64,000 nt of DNA from assembly GCA_963745035.1 (NCBI GenBank), contig CAVUVW010000013.1, positions 320,001 through 384,000 of the forward strand, written 5' to 3'. Under the pieces are notes generated by a model, which made no database searches, was not told where the DNA came from, and saw only the letters and a list, made by a program, of their open reading frames with translations. Origin of the DNA: an uncultured delta proteobacterium (GTDB lineage Bacteria > Desulfobacterota > Binatia > UBA9968). Positions 41,231 through 53,953 of the stretch are shown here, one piece after another. Within the stretch, counting starts at the first letter, position 1, and the number at the start of each line of letters is the position of its first letter. The translations under genes and the position numbers were made by a program.

Positions 41231-42523
41231 CTATTCGCCTTCTTTGCGCCGAATCAGCTCGCAAACTGCCGGATCGCGCTGATGCGCTCCACAGGGCGAG
41301 GGGTGGGAATAGTGATAGGCCGAGTACCACGGGTGCGGCGTCAGGTTGGAAAGATTCTTTACAGTCAAATTGATCAGCGCTTCTTCCATCGGCTTGCCGT
41401 CGCGCAGGGTGCGCGCGGCGAACCGGTCGGCTTCGTATTCGTGCTTGCGCGATAGCACATTCATCAGCGGCCCGAGAAAAAACGTGAAGCTTCCCGAGAG
41501 CAGGCTGAACAGCACCAAGGCGGCATGGTGGCTCGGCGCCAAGCCGAAAGCGGCGTACAGCGGCTCGAAATCAATCAGCCGGCTCAGCACGTACAAGCCG
41601 ATCAATAGGAAAATAGTCTGAACGACGAGCATGCGCTGGATGTGCTTCATTTTATAGTGGCCCATCTCGTGCGCCAGCACGGCCAGTCCCTGTTCCATCG
41701 TCATCTGCTCGATCAGCGTGTCGAACAAGACGATGCGCTTGGCTTTGCCGATGCCGGTGAAATACGCGTTGGAATGAGCCGAGCGTTTGGAGCCGTCCAT
41801 GGAAAAAATCCCGCTGGTTTTGAAGCCCACCTGATCGGCCAGCGCCAGAATCCGCTCGCGGAATTCTCCCTCTTTGAGCGGCTCGAACTTGTTGAACCAT
41901 GGCGCGATGAAGGTCGGGAAGATCACGATCATCAGCAGCTGAAAAACGCTGATAAACACAAACGCCCAGACCCACCAATAGGCTCCGCTCGCCTGCATAA
42001 GCCAGAGAATGACGACCAGAAAGGGGACACCGATCGCCAGCCCCAGAATCAGGCTTTTGAGCTTGTCGCTCAGATAGAGTGCGGGAGTGGTTTTGTTGAA
42101 GCCGAACCTGGCTTCCAGAGCGAAAGTCGAATAAACGCCGGTAGGCAGCCCGGCAACTATGAAATAGAGACCGACTGCCAGACAGAAGAGAACGCCCTGG
42201 CCGTAAACACCCAGGGAAAATTCGCGCGCCCATCGTCCGGCCGTTTCGTCGAAAAAACCCAACAAGCCCGAAAATAATAGTACGAGCGCGACGAGCCGGC
42301 CGTAAATTTCCACCCAGCGCTGGAAACGGCCCTTGGCCAAAGTGTACTCAACCGATTTTCCGTATTCCTCAGGATGGAATCTGCCGTGAAAAAGATCCGG
42401 GATTTCTCCGCCGGCGCGGCGCGCGCGCACGTGGCGGAGGTTCAATTCGTTGAGGATAAATTCGACGGTGAATTCGAGCGCGAAGAAGATCAGAAAAAGC
42501 GCAACGATCCCTTGTTCCATCAA
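41231..42523 (-). CDS. M48 family (Ste24-like) membrane metalloprotease
   Basis: FGFNKTT, SNAYFTG, HEMGH, EYEAD, YSHP; likely C-terminal frameshift near 41292. Confidence 0.93.
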   Translation of the reverse strand: MMEQGIVALFLIFFALEFTVEFILNELNLRHVRARRAGGEIPDLFHGRFHPEEYGKSVEYTLAKGRFQRWVEIYGRLVALVLLFSGLLGFFDETAGRWAREFSLGVYGQGVLFCLAVGLYFIVAGLPTGVYSTFALEARFGFNKTTPALYLSDKLKSLILGLAIGVPFLVVILWLMQASGAYWWVWAFVFISVFQLLMIVIFPTFIAPWFNKFEPLKEGEFRERILALADQVGFKTSGIFSMDGSKRSAHSNAYFTGIGKAKRIVLFDTLIEQMTMEQGLAVLAHEMGHYKMKHIQRMLVVQTIFLLIGLYVLSRLIDFEPLYAAFGLAPSHHAALVLFSLLSGSFTFFLGPLMNVLSRKHEYEADRFAARTLRDGKPMEEALINLTVKNLSNLTPHPWYSAYHYSHPSPCGAHQRDPAVCELIRRKEGE

Positions 42524-42532
42524 GCAAAACGG

Positions 42533-44824
<2,292 letters not shown>

Positions 44825-44825
44825 T

Positions 44826-45140
44826 CTAGGCCTCTTCCATCGTGCATTTCAGCGGATATTCATGCTGGCGCGCCAGGTTCTCGACCAGCGTCACCTTGGT
44901 TTCGGCGATCTCGTAACTGTAGACACCGGCGACGCCGATGCCTTTTTTGTGAACGTGCAGCATGATTTGCACCGCTTCGGTTTGCTCCTTGTGAAAAACG
45001 TACTGAAGGATCTGCACGACGAACTCCTTGGTGGTGTAATCATCGTTGTGCAGCAAAACTTTGTAGAGCGGCGGGCGCTTGACCTTTTTCTTGGTCTCGG
45101 TGACCAATCCGTGATCGGATTCCGTTTCTCTCCGGCTCAT
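44826..45140 (-). CDS. clpS: Clp protease adaptor ClpS
   Basis: PPLYKVLLHNDDYTTKEFV...MLHVH...YPL. Confidence 0.96.
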   Translation of the reverse strand: MSRRETESDHGLVTETKKKVKRPPLYKVLLHNDDYTTKEFVVQILQYVFHKEQTEAVQIMLHVHKKGIGVAGVYSYEIAETKVTLVENLARQHEYPLKCTMEEA

Positions 45141-45270
45141 GGTCCACTCGCCTCGCGACTCGGTCAAATCTAACATGCCGACGCACGCAGCCGCAATGTT
45201 CGCCGCGGCAAGAAAACCTTTGCGCGAGGAGTTGCAGCGCGCGGCAAACAGAGTGTTATAATAGGCTTGG

Positions 45271-46182
45271 GTGTGGCGGCGGAAAAATCCGTTTGCGAAA
45301 AAAATTGCTCCCGAGGAGGCTCCCTTGCTTTCTAACAAAGTCAGCGAAATCATGACCACCCATCTCACCACCGCCCCGGCCTCGGCGTCGGTCTTCGACG
45401 TGATGCGGATCATGGAGGCGGAAGACGTCGGCCGCATCATCGTCACCGACGAGGATATTCCGATCGGCATCTTCACGGAAAAGGACGTCTTGAGACGCGT
45501 GGTCAACGCCGGCATCGATGCCCGCAAGAGCGCGATTCGCAGCGTGATGACCACGCCCGTGCGCGCCGTGCGCGAAGAAACTCACATCATCGAAGCCTTC
45601 GGCAAGATGTATCGCGGCAAGTACCGTCATCTTCTCGTGCGCGGCCGGCGCGGCAAGATCATCGGCATCGTCTCCATGCGGCGCATTCTCAATATCGCCG
45701 TCGAGCTCGGCCAGGGACTGAGCGAAACGACCACGTTGGGGGATATCGCGGCGGGGGCGATTGTCTCGGTCGATGACCAAGCCAGCGTACAGCAAACCAT
45801 CGAGGTCATGGACAAGAAGAACGTCACGGCGGTAATCGTCATGGCCGGCAAGCCGGCAGGAATTTTTACCGAACGCGATGTCCTCAAGCGGGTTGCGATC
45901 AAGGAAATCCCGCCCGGGGAAACGCGGATCACCCAAGTCATGACAGCGCCGATTATCACTATGCCGCGCACCACCCTGGTCGGCGACGTGCTCGCAGAGA
46001 TGTACCGGCGCGACATCCGAAATATGCCGGTAAGGGCGGATGGCGGGGAATTGACCGGCTTGGTTTCCATGCCCGAAATTCTGCAATATGCCCGTGCCTT
46101 CAACGTCGATGAACAGGTTCGCCGCACTTGGAAAGAGGTTGCCGAATATCTCGATTCGGAGGACCAATATACCCCCGGGTAG
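45271..46182 (+). CDS. Protein with four CBS domains
   Basis: Two CBS pairs (GIFTEKD and GIFTERD). Confidence 0.88.
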   Translation: MWRRKNPFAKKIAPEEAPLLSNKVSEIMTTHLTTAPASASVFDVMRIMEAEDVGRIIVTDEDIPIGIFTEKDVLRRVVNAGIDARKSAIRSVMTTPVRAVREETHIIEAFGKMYRGKYRHLLVRGRRGKIIGIVSMRRILNIAVELGQGLSETTTLGDIAAGAIVSVDDQASVQQTIEVMDKKNVTAVIVMAGKPAGIFTERDVLKRVAIKEIPPGETRITQVMTAPIITMPRTTLVGDVLAEMYRRDIRNMPVRADGGELTGLVSMPEILQYARAFNVDEQVRRTWKEVAEYLDSEDQYTPG

Positions 46183-46257
46183 GATTCTAACCCGTTGTCT
46201 TTCCAAGGTTATATGGTAGAATCACCGGACTGCTAAAGAGCTTAAGGAGGCCGTATT

Positions 46258-48084
46258 TTGGACACACCGTTAATCAACGATCTGAACATTTGCGTTGCCA
46301 CAGAAAATGGTTCAGGCAGCGCCTCGTCGAACAATATTTTGTTCAAAGCCATCTTCAAAATGGGCATTCCCTGCTCTTCGAAGAACATGTTCCCTTCGAA
46401 CATTCAGGGGTTGCCGACCTGGTACCAGATCCGGGCCTCGGCGGAGGGCTACCTCAGCCGTAAAGACGTGATCGACGTCATGGTGATGTTTAACGATGCG
46501 ACGGCGGCGAAGGATATTTACCGCGTGCGCGACGGCGGCGTGATTCTCTACGATGACTCCACACCCCTGGCGGCGAGTCTCAAGCGCGACGGTGTCCAAT
46601 ATATCGGATTTCCGGCGAACAAACTCGTAGCCAAGCTCGTGCCGGCATCGCCGCTGCGGGCAAAGCAGCGCAACATGGTCTACGTCGGCGCATTGGCTTA
46701 TCTCTTCGGCATCGACATGTCGGTCATCAAGGCGGTCCTCGAAGACACTTTCGGCAAGAAGCCCGCTGTGATCGAATCCAACCTGATCTGTATCGACGCC
46801 GGCTATCAGTACTGCAAAGAGCAAAATTTCAAGCAAAGCATCGCCCGGCTCGAAACGATTCCCAACGGTAACAAAGGTAAGATCATCACGGAAGGCAACA
46901 CCGCGGCGGGGCTCGGCGCGATCTACGGCGGCGCATCGGTGATCTGCTGGTATCCGATCACGCCGTCGAGCTCGCTCGCCGAAGCGATGGAGTATTATTT
47001 GCCCAGGCTGCGCAAACCCAAAGACGGCAAAAAGACCTTTGCGATCGTCCAGGCGGAAGATGAAATCGCTTCTGCCGGCATGGTTGTCGGCGCCGGCTGG
47101 GCCGGCGCGCGGGCTATGACCTCGACCTCAGGGCCCGGTGTGTCGCTTATGAACGAGACCATCGGTCTCGCATACTACGCCGAAATCCCTGCGGTATTTT
47201 TCATCATTCAACGCGGCGGTCCGTCCACCGGATTACCGACTCGAACCCAGCAAGCCGACATCTCGCTCATGTACGGCGCGTCCCACGGCGATACCCGGCA
47301 TCTCATGTTGATTCCCCATGACATGAACTCATGTTTCGACCTGGCGCGCCAGAGCTTCAATTATGCCGATCGGTTCCAAACTCCCGTTTTCGTCGCCATG
47401 GACCTCGACCTCGGCATGAACCTCTGGCCTTCCGAGCCGCTCAAGATGACTCAGGAGCCCTTCGATCTCGGCAAGCGATTGTCCGCGACCGACCTCGACG
47501 AATGGACCAAGGCCGGCAAGAAGTTTCGCCGCTACTTCGACCAGGACGGCGACGGCATTCCGTACCGCACCGTGCCCGGCAACCAGAATCGCATGGCGTC
47601 TTACTTCGCGCGCGGCTCAGGACATGATGCCGACGCCAAGTACTCCGAAGACGAGCACGACTACAAGTACATCCTGGACCGGCTGCGCAAGAAGTTCGAA
47701 TCGGCGCGCAAATTCGTTCCTAAGCCGATCGTCGAAAAAGAGCGCGGCGTAAAGACCGGCATCATCTGTTACGGTTCGAGCTACGAGCCGGTGCGGGAAG
47801 CGCGCGACCGCTTGAAGGCACGCGGCTTGAAAACCAATCATCTATTGATCCGCGCTTTGCCGCTCACCAGCGAAGTAATGGATTTTCTCGCCGAGCATGA
47901 CACCATCTACCTCGTGGAGCAAAACCGCGACGCGCAGATGGCGGCGATCATCAAAGACGAGAATCCCGAGCTCGGCGCCAAGATCGTCAGCATTTTGATT
48001 TACAATGGTCTACCGACGACGGCCGGCGACGTGGTCAGCCAGATTTTCGAAGCCGCCCAGTCGGCTCAACCCAAGACCGCTTAA
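46258..48084 (+). CDS. 2-oxoacid:ferredoxin oxidoreductase alpha subunit
   Basis: NGSGS, YPITPSS, QAEDEI, TSGPG, QRGGPSTGLPT. Confidence 0.94.
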   Translation: MDTPLINDLNICVATENGSGSASSNNILFKAIFKMGIPCSSKNMFPSNIQGLPTWYQIRASAEGYLSRKDVIDVMVMFNDATAAKDIYRVRDGGVILYDDSTPLAASLKRDGVQYIGFPANKLVAKLVPASPLRAKQRNMVYVGALAYLFGIDMSVIKAVLEDTFGKKPAVIESNLICIDAGYQYCKEQNFKQSIARLETIPNGNKGKIITEGNTAAGLGAIYGGASVICWYPITPSSSLAEAMEYYLPRLRKPKDGKKTFAIVQAEDEIASAGMVVGAGWAGARAMTSTSGPGVSLMNETIGLAYYAEIPAVFFIIQRGGPSTGLPTRTQQADISLMYGASHGDTRHLMLIPHDMNSCFDLARQSFNYADRFQTPVFVAMDLDLGMNLWPSEPLKMTQEPFDLGKRLSATDLDEWTKAGKKFRRYFDQDGDGIPYRTVPGNQNRMASYFARGSGHDADAKYSEDEHDYKYILDRLRKKFESARKFVPKPIVEKERGVKTGIICYGSSYEPVREARDRLKARGLKTNHLLIRALPLTSEVMDFLAEHDTIYLVEQNRDAQMAAIIKDENPELGAKIVSILIYNGLPTTAGDVVSQIFEAAQSAQPKTA

Positions 48085-48102
48085 AGTAGAGGACAAGACA
48101 AA

Positions 48103-49131
48103 ATGGCAGATGCAAAAGTCAATCGTCTCAATCTTACTGAAAAAGACTACGATGGTGCGCCGTCGACCATGTGCAAGGGCTGCGGCCACGACGCGATTTC
48201 GGCCTCGGTTCAGCGCGCCTACTTCGAAAACAGCATCGACCCGCGGAAAGTCGTCAAGCTGAGCGGCATCGGTTGCTCATCGAAGACCCCAGCATACTTT
48301 CTGAGCCAATCGTTCGGCTTCAACGCTGTCCATGGCAGAATGTCGGCCGTTGCGACCGGCGCCAATTTGGCCAACCATACCTTGCTGCCGATCGGCGTTT
48401 CCGGCGACGGCGACACTTCGGCGATCGGTTTGGGCAATTTTTGCCACATGATGCGGCGTAACGTGAATATTACCTACATCATCGAGAACAACGGCGTCTA
48501 TGGTTTGACCAAAGGGCAATTTTCAGCCACGGCTGATGTCGGTTCGGTCATGAAGGGCGGCAAGGTGAACGATATCCCTGCCATCGATCTGGCGGAGCTC
48601 GCGATCACCTTGGGCGCCACCTACGTCGCTCGCAGTTTTTCCGGCGACCGCAAGCAGCTCGCGCCGCTCGTCCAAGGCGCGCTCTCGCATCGAGGCAGCG
48701 CGATCCTGGATGTCATCAGTCCTTGCGTGACGTTCAACAATCATGAGGGTTCCACCAAGAGCATGAAATACGTCAAGGGCCATCTCGATCCGATTCATGA
48801 CCTCGACTTTGTGCCGCCCTATGAGAATATCGAAGCAGACTATGAAGAAGGCACCGACCACATGGTCGAGATGCACGACGGCTCGCGCATCATCTTGCAC
48901 AAGCTCGGCAAGGGCTATGACCCAACGAACAAAGCCCAGGCGGTCCAGGCGATCCACGGCTCCATCGCCGAGGGGAAATTCTTGACCGGCTTGATCTACT
49001 ACAATCCGAATCGCAAAGAGTTCGCCGAAGAGCTCAACCTCTGTGACATCCCGCTTTCGGAGCTGACCCAGGATGACCTGCAGCCGCCGCTCGAAGCTCT
49101 GGAGAGAATCAACGCCGATATGATGAAGTAA
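48103..49131 (+). CDS. 2-oxoacid:ferredoxin oxidoreductase beta subunit
   Basis: CKGCG, SGIGCSS, HGR, GDGD...NN TPP motif, SPCVTFN. Confidence 0.94.
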   Translation: MADAKVNRLNLTEKDYDGAPSTMCKGCGHDAISASVQRAYFENSIDPRKVVKLSGIGCSSKTPAYFLSQSFGFNAVHGRMSAVATGANLANHTLLPIGVSGDGDTSAIGLGNFCHMMRRNVNITYIIENNGVYGLTKGQFSATADVGSVMKGGKVNDIPAIDLAELAITLGATYVARSFSGDRKQLAPLVQGALSHRGSAILDVISPCVTFNNHEGSTKSMKYVKGHLDPIHDLDFVPPYENIEADYEEGTDHMVEMHDGSRIILHKLGKGYDPTNKAQAVQAIHGSIAEGKFLTGLIYYNPNRKEFAEELNLCDIPLSELTQDDLQPPLEALERINADMMK

Positions 49132-49154
49132 ATTCGGGGCGCGAGGTTTAACGC

Positions 49155-49194
49155 AAAAAAGACCCAGTAGGAGAACCTACCGGGTCTTTTTTTT
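49155..49194. terminator. Bidirectional Rho-independent terminator
   Basis: AAAAAAGACCCAGTAG-gagaac-CTACCGGGTCTTTTTTTT between convergent genes. Confidence 0.85.
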
Positions 49195-49213
49195 ATGCGT
49201 CTGGCGTGACGGC

Positions 49214-49864
49214 TTAGAGTCCCGAGGCTTGTTTGGCAGGCAATTCTTTCCAGGTGTCAATAATCTCATTCGACGAAGCGACGAGCCCGAAGTGACGGCG
49301 CATGTTTTCGAGCGTCCCTAGATGCAGCTTGGCCTCGTAGGCCGCCGAGCAGTCGTCGATCATCGTCACGTAATAATCGAACATGTAGGCGTCTCGGGCC
49401 GTAGTCTCGACGCAGACATTGGTCGCCACGCCGCAGACGAGCACACTCTGAACATTGCGCGCCTTGAGCACGGTATTTAAATCGGTGTTGATGAAGGCGC
49501 TGTAGCGATGTTTCACCACCACGCGCTCGGTCGGCAGCGGCGCAATGCCTTGGTAAAACTCCGCCCCCCAGGTGCCTTCGCGGCAGGTGCTGAGCCCGCC
49601 CTTCTGCGAGCTCCGGTAGATCCACGACGGGGTATCGGTCCACTCGCTGTGGGTGGTCCGGATGTAGACAACCGTCAGACCCACCCGACGCGCTTCATCG
49701 ATCAGCCGCAGCAGCGGCGGCATGATCGTCAGGGCCGCGCTCACGTCTTCGCCGCGCTTGCCGGCGCTGCCTTCGGGGCTGACAAAATCATTCTGTACGT
49801 CGACGACGACGAGCGCCGCGTTTTTCGGATCACAGCGTTCCTTGAGCGATCGTAGAACATCCAT
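49214..49864 (-). CDS. Cysteine hydrolase (isochorismatase/RutB-like)
   Basis: VDVQNDF, KHRYSAF, GVATNVCVETTAR (D-K-C triad). Confidence 0.92.
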   Translation of the reverse strand: MDVLRSLKERCDPKNAALVVVDVQNDFVSPEGSAGKRGEDVSAALTIMPPLLRLIDEARRVGLTVVYIRTTHSEWTDTPSWIYRSSQKGGLSTCREGTWGAEFYQGIAPLPTERVVVKHRYSAFINTDLNTVLKARNVQSVLVCGVATNVCVETTARDAYMFDYYVTMIDDCSAAYEAKLHLGTLENMRRHFGLVASSNEIIDTWKELPAKQASGL

Positions 49865-49915
49865 TGAATCTCTCCTGTTTGGTTTTGAAGCTTGGATCCA
49901 AGACCGCAGATTGCG

Positions 49916-49943
49916 ATCCTCGATCCTCCGTTTTCCATGCTCG
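49916..49943. repeat. Intergenic heptamer tandem repeat
   Basis: ATCCTCG ATCCTCC GTTTTCC ATGCTCG. Confidence 0.55.
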
Positions 49944-49949
49944 TTTCGA

Positions 49950-50939
49950 TCAGTGATCGTGCCTGCGCTGCAAACCGCCATGTCCCATCGCCATGATATC
50001 GGCGCGCGTGATTTTCTCTCCCGCGAGCAAGCGCGGCAGGAGAGCATCAAAGGCCGTGAACGGATCGTGCAGCACGCAGCCCGAAAGCCCCATGACCGGC
50101 GTCTCACCGAGATAGGCCATGACGAACATCGAGCCGGGCAAGACCGGAAAGCCGTGGGTTTCAACTTTGGCGCCGCTCCGGCGAATCCCTTCCGGGGTCT
50201 TATCGTCGGGATCCACGGACATGCCGCCGCTGACAAGGATGATATCGGCGCCCGCTTGTTGGGCATTTCGTATATCGCCGGCGATAACGTCGGGATCATC
50301 GGGCGCCAACTTGACCGACTCGACTGTCGAACCCAGATCGCCGACTTTTCGCGTTACAATCGGCCCAAAACCGTCTTTGATCCGGCCGGTGAACACCTCG
50401 CTGCCAGTGACGACCAGATGCACCTTCTTCTGCGCCATCGGCAAAATCGTGACGATGGGCTTCTCCTTGCACAACGCTTCCGCTTTTTGAACCAACTCTT
50501 CTTTGACAACCACCGGAATTGTCCGGGTGCCGGCGACCACCGTGCCTTCCTTGACGGAACGGTCTCCCGGCAAAGTGGCCAGCATTAAGTCGCCCAACGA
50601 ATTGAATCGATAGAGCAGGTCGGCATCTACTTTGAGCAAGCCGGGAATCTCCGCGATCAAATTAATGCGCCCCTCGCTTGGATCACTAAGTTTGAGATTG
50701 GGCCCGGCCGCCGCCTGGGCAAGCCTGCGGGCCGCGTCTTCTTCGTGGAGCTCGTCTTTTTCCAACTCCATGACGTAAAGATTACGTTTGCCGACATCGA
50801 GGAGCTTGGAAATATCTTCGGCGCGCACGATATGGCCGCGGCGAAATGCCGGTCCCTTGTGCTTGCCGGGCACAATCTCGGTGATATCGTGGGCCAAGGG
50901 CAAGCCCACCGCTTCTTCAACCGGTATGACTTTGAGCAT
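49950..50939 (-). CDS. Molybdopterin-binding (MoeA-like) protein
   Basis: LAHDITEI, TGSEVFTGRIKD, GGMSVDPDDKTP, PVLPGSM. Confidence 0.88.
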   Translation of the reverse strand: MLKVIPVEEAVGLPLAHDITEIVPGKHKGPAFRRGHIVRAEDISKLLDVGKRNLYVMELEKDELHEEDAARRLAQAAAGPNLKLSDPSEGRINLIAEIPGLLKVDADLLYRFNSLGDLMLATLPGDRSVKEGTVVAGTRTIPVVVKEELVQKAEALCKEKPIVTILPMAQKKVHLVVTGSEVFTGRIKDGFGPIVTRKVGDLGSTVESVKLAPDDPDVIAGDIRNAQQAGADIILVSGGMSVDPDDKTPEGIRRSGAKVETHGFPVLPGSMFVMAYLGETPVMGLSGCVLHDPFTAFDALLPRLLAGEKITRADIMAMGHGGLQRRHDH

Positions 50940-51169
50940 TCGTTTCTGTTCCCCTTCAGTTCCTACAAGAAATATATTCTGAGCGAACCTGATTTGTCCA
51001 GTTCGCACCGGCTCTCACGCCAGCCGGCTTTCGCCTCGCAAAAGCCACGGCAGCCGCTTTGGTCCTCGTATGACTGTACAACGGCGCGGAGTTTAGACAA
51101 ACGCCGGTCGATTCGGTACCCTCTGACCAGTCTCGTGCGCTGCCGGGCTCAACCGGTTGGGAGCATATC

Positions 51170-52498
51170 GTGTCAAACATCGCCTTTGAAATTTTTGTAA
51201 TATTTCTGCTTTTGATCGCCAACGGGATCTTCGCCATGTCCGAGATCGCCGTGGTCACGGCGCGCAAGTCGCGCTTGCAGGAGTTGGCGGACAAAAAAAA
51301 CGCCCGAGCGCGCGCGGCGTTGGAGCTAGCCAATGCTCCCAACCCGTTTCTTTCCACCGTGCAAGTCGGCATTACCCTTGTCGGCATTCTCGCCGGCGCC
51401 TTCGGTGGCGGCGCGCTTACGGAATGGCTCGCCGCGCAGTTGAGCGCCGTTCCTGGAATCGCGTCTTATAGCCGAACAGCGGCGCTCGGCATCGTGGTTC
51501 TCGGCATTACCTATTTTTCGGTCATTCTCGGCGAATTGGTGCCCAAGCGTCTCGCCCTCGGCCATCCGGAATCCATCGCCATGTTCATGGCGCCGCCGAT
51601 GCGTCTCTTGCTCAAGGTTTGCGCCCCTGCGGTTCATCTGCTGAGTTCCTCCACCGACCTAGTTTTCCGTCTGTTCGGCAAGCGCTTCGACGAATCGAGC
51701 GGCGTGACTGAAGAGGAGATTCGACTTCTGATGCGCCAGGGAACCGCCGCCGGCATTTTCGAAGAAACCGAGGAGGACATGATCGAAGCCGTGTTCCAGC
51801 TCGGCGACAAGAGCGCGCGCGGCCTGATGACCCCGCGCACACAGATCGTCTGGCTCGATGTGAACGCCTCCGTCGAGCCGATTCGCACCAAACTGGCCGA
51901 CAGCGGCCATTCGCGTTTTCCGGTCTGCGACGGCAGCTTGGACAACGTGCTCGGCGTAGTGCAGGCGAAGGATTTATTGACGAGCTTCCTCTCGGACGGG
52001 AGCATCGATCTTAAGGCGGCGATGCAGCAAGCCGCTTTCGTACCCCGGAGCATGCCAGCCTTGCAAGTGCTCGATCACATCAAGAAGTCCGGCAGCCACA
52101 TTGTTTTGGTGGTCGATGAGTACGGCGGGATCGAAGGACTGCTGACCCATCACGACCTTCTCGAAGCCATCGCCGGCGATATGCCCTTCGGCAAAGCTCC
52201 GGCCGAACCCAAAGCCGTGCAGCGCAAGGACGGTTCCTGGCTCCTCGATGGCATGATGTCGGTGGACGAGTTCAAAGAGATCTTTCATCTCGAGAATCTG
52301 CCGGGCGAGAAAAGAGACGCCTTCCAAACCTTGGGCGGATTTCTGTTTACGCAGATGGGCCGCGTTCCATCCGTGTCCGAATCCTTCGAGTGGAACGACC
52401 TGCGTTTCGAGGTCGTCGATATGGACGGCAAGCGCATCGACAAGGTGCTCGTCGCGTTCCTACAAAAACCGCTGGAAAGCGCAAGTCAAAAAACATGA
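51170..52498 (+). CDS. Hemolysin/CNNM family protein (DUF21-CBS-CorC)
   Basis: FAMSEIA, STVQVGIT, GELVPK, VVDEYGG, VDMDGKRIDKV. Confidence 0.93.
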   Translation: MSNIAFEIFVIFLLLIANGIFAMSEIAVVTARKSRLQELADKKNARARAALELANAPNPFLSTVQVGITLVGILAGAFGGGALTEWLAAQLSAVPGIASYSRTAALGIVVLGITYFSVILGELVPKRLALGHPESIAMFMAPPMRLLLKVCAPAVHLLSSSTDLVFRLFGKRFDESSGVTEEEIRLLMRQGTAAGIFEETEEDMIEAVFQLGDKSARGLMTPRTQIVWLDVNASVEPIRTKLADSGHSRFPVCDGSLDNVLGVVQAKDLLTSFLSDGSIDLKAAMQQAAFVPRSMPALQVLDHIKKSGSHIVLVVDEYGGIEGLLTHHDLLEAIAGDMPFGKAPAEPKAVQRKDGSWLLDGMMSVDEFKEIFHLENLPGEKRDAFQTLGGFLFTQMGRVPSVSESFEWNDLRFEVVDMDGKRIDKVLVAFLQKPLESASQKT

Positions 52499-52562
52499 TC
52501 CCGGACTGCGCAGCCGCGACGCGGCTCTGTGCCCAGACAAATGGCGCGGTTGCGCTCGACGA

Positions 52563-53786
52563 TCAGGCGCGCGCCACGAGCTCCCCGGCGGCGGCCGCGA
52601 GCGCAACGATCAACCAGGGCGGCCAGCGCCAGAACACCAGAAGCCCGAAAGCGCTGACCGCGATCGCGAAGTCGGCGGCACCGAGAATTGCACTGGTCCA
52701 AATCGGCCGGTAGAGAGCCGCCAGCAGGAGGCCGACGACGGCCGCATTGATGCCGCTCAGCGCGGATTGGACTCCCGCCATGTTGCGTAGCGCGTCCCAG
52801 AACGGCAGAGCGCCAGCGATTAACAGGAACGATGGCAGGAAGATCGCGATCAGAGCCAGCAACGCGCCGCCCCAGCCACCGATCACCGCGCCGAGGTACG
52901 CCGAGAAGGTAAACAACGGCCCGGGCACCGCTTGCGCCGCGCCATAGCCGGCGATGAACTGTTCGTTATGGAGCCAACCGGCGCCGACGACTTCGGCCTG
53001 GAGCAGCGGCAAGACCACGTGCCCGCCGCCGAAGACCAGCGAGCCGGCGCGAAAAAAGCTGTCGAATAGATCGAGCGCCAGGCTCGAGGTGAATTGCCGG
53101 ACGAGAGGCAGGCCAAGCAGCAGGATAAAAAAGCTCGCCCATGCCAGGTAGGCGACGCGCTTGCTGACGGAAAATCGCATGGGCGTCCGGGAACCCGCGC
53201 CGGTCGGCGGAAGCGCTAGCCAACCGATCACTCCCGCGCCGGCGATGACGCCCATCTGCGCCGCCGCGTTCGGCCAAGCCAGGATGGCCACCGCCGCGAG
53301 GAGCGCCAGAGTCGCGCGGGCGCGGTCGGGGCAGAGCGCCTGCGCCATGCTCCAGACCGCCTGTACGACCACCGCCACGGCGGCGATCTTTAAACCGTGC
53401 AGCCAACCCGCGCTGCCTGCGCCGAGCGCGGCGATGCCGAAAGCGAACAAGGTGAGCGCCAGCGCCGACGGCAAAGTAAAACCGAGCCAAGCCGCCAACG
53501 CGCCCGGCAGGCCGGCGCGCGCGATGCCGATCGCCATGCCTACCTGGCTGCTTGCCGGCCCCGGAAGAAACTGACAGAGCGCGACCAAGTCAGCGTAGCT
53601 CCGCTCGTCCAGCCACTTGCGCCGCCGCACATATTCGTCGTGAAAATATCCCAGGTGGGCGATCGGTCCGCCGAACGAAGTGAGGCCGAGCCGAAGAGCG
53701 ACGCCGAACACTTCGATAAACGAACCGCGCGGCGGCGAGTATAGCGCTGAGTCTTGGCCCCTGACCTGATTTAATTCCACATTCAT
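52563..53786 (-). CDS. chrA: Chromate efflux transporter (long-chain CHR)
   Basis: SFGGPIAH, QFLPGPAS, VFGGGHV, QAVPGP. Confidence 0.92.
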   Translation of the reverse strand: MNVELNQVRGQDSALYSPPRGSFIEVFGVALRLGLTSFGGPIAHLGYFHDEYVRRRKWLDERSYADLVALCQFLPGPASSQVGMAIGIARAGLPGALAAWLGFTLPSALALTLFAFGIAALGAGSAGWLHGLKIAAVAVVVQAVWSMAQALCPDRARATLALLAAVAILAWPNAAAQMGVIAGAGVIGWLALPPTGAGSRTPMRFSVSKRVAYLAWASFFILLLGLPLVRQFTSSLALDLFDSFFRAGSLVFGGGHVVLPLLQAEVVGAGWLHNEQFIAGYGAAQAVPGPLFTFSAYLGAVIGGWGGALLALIAIFLPSFLLIAGALPFWDALRNMAGVQSALSGINAAVVGLLLAALYRPIWTSAILGAADFAIAVSAFGLLVFWRWPPWLIVALAAAAGELVARA

Positions 53787-53953
53787 GCCGACCTTATTGC
53801 CCCCGGCCCTCTCCACGGCGCCAAATCGAACGCACCGGCGAAAATTTACCGCGCGCAATTGAATGTCTGCCAAAGGAGTGGCATCGTCGCTGGCTGGACA
53901 CTCACGAGTTTTCGCAGCCGACCTTCGGTGCGATCTATCCAGAGCTCCGATCC

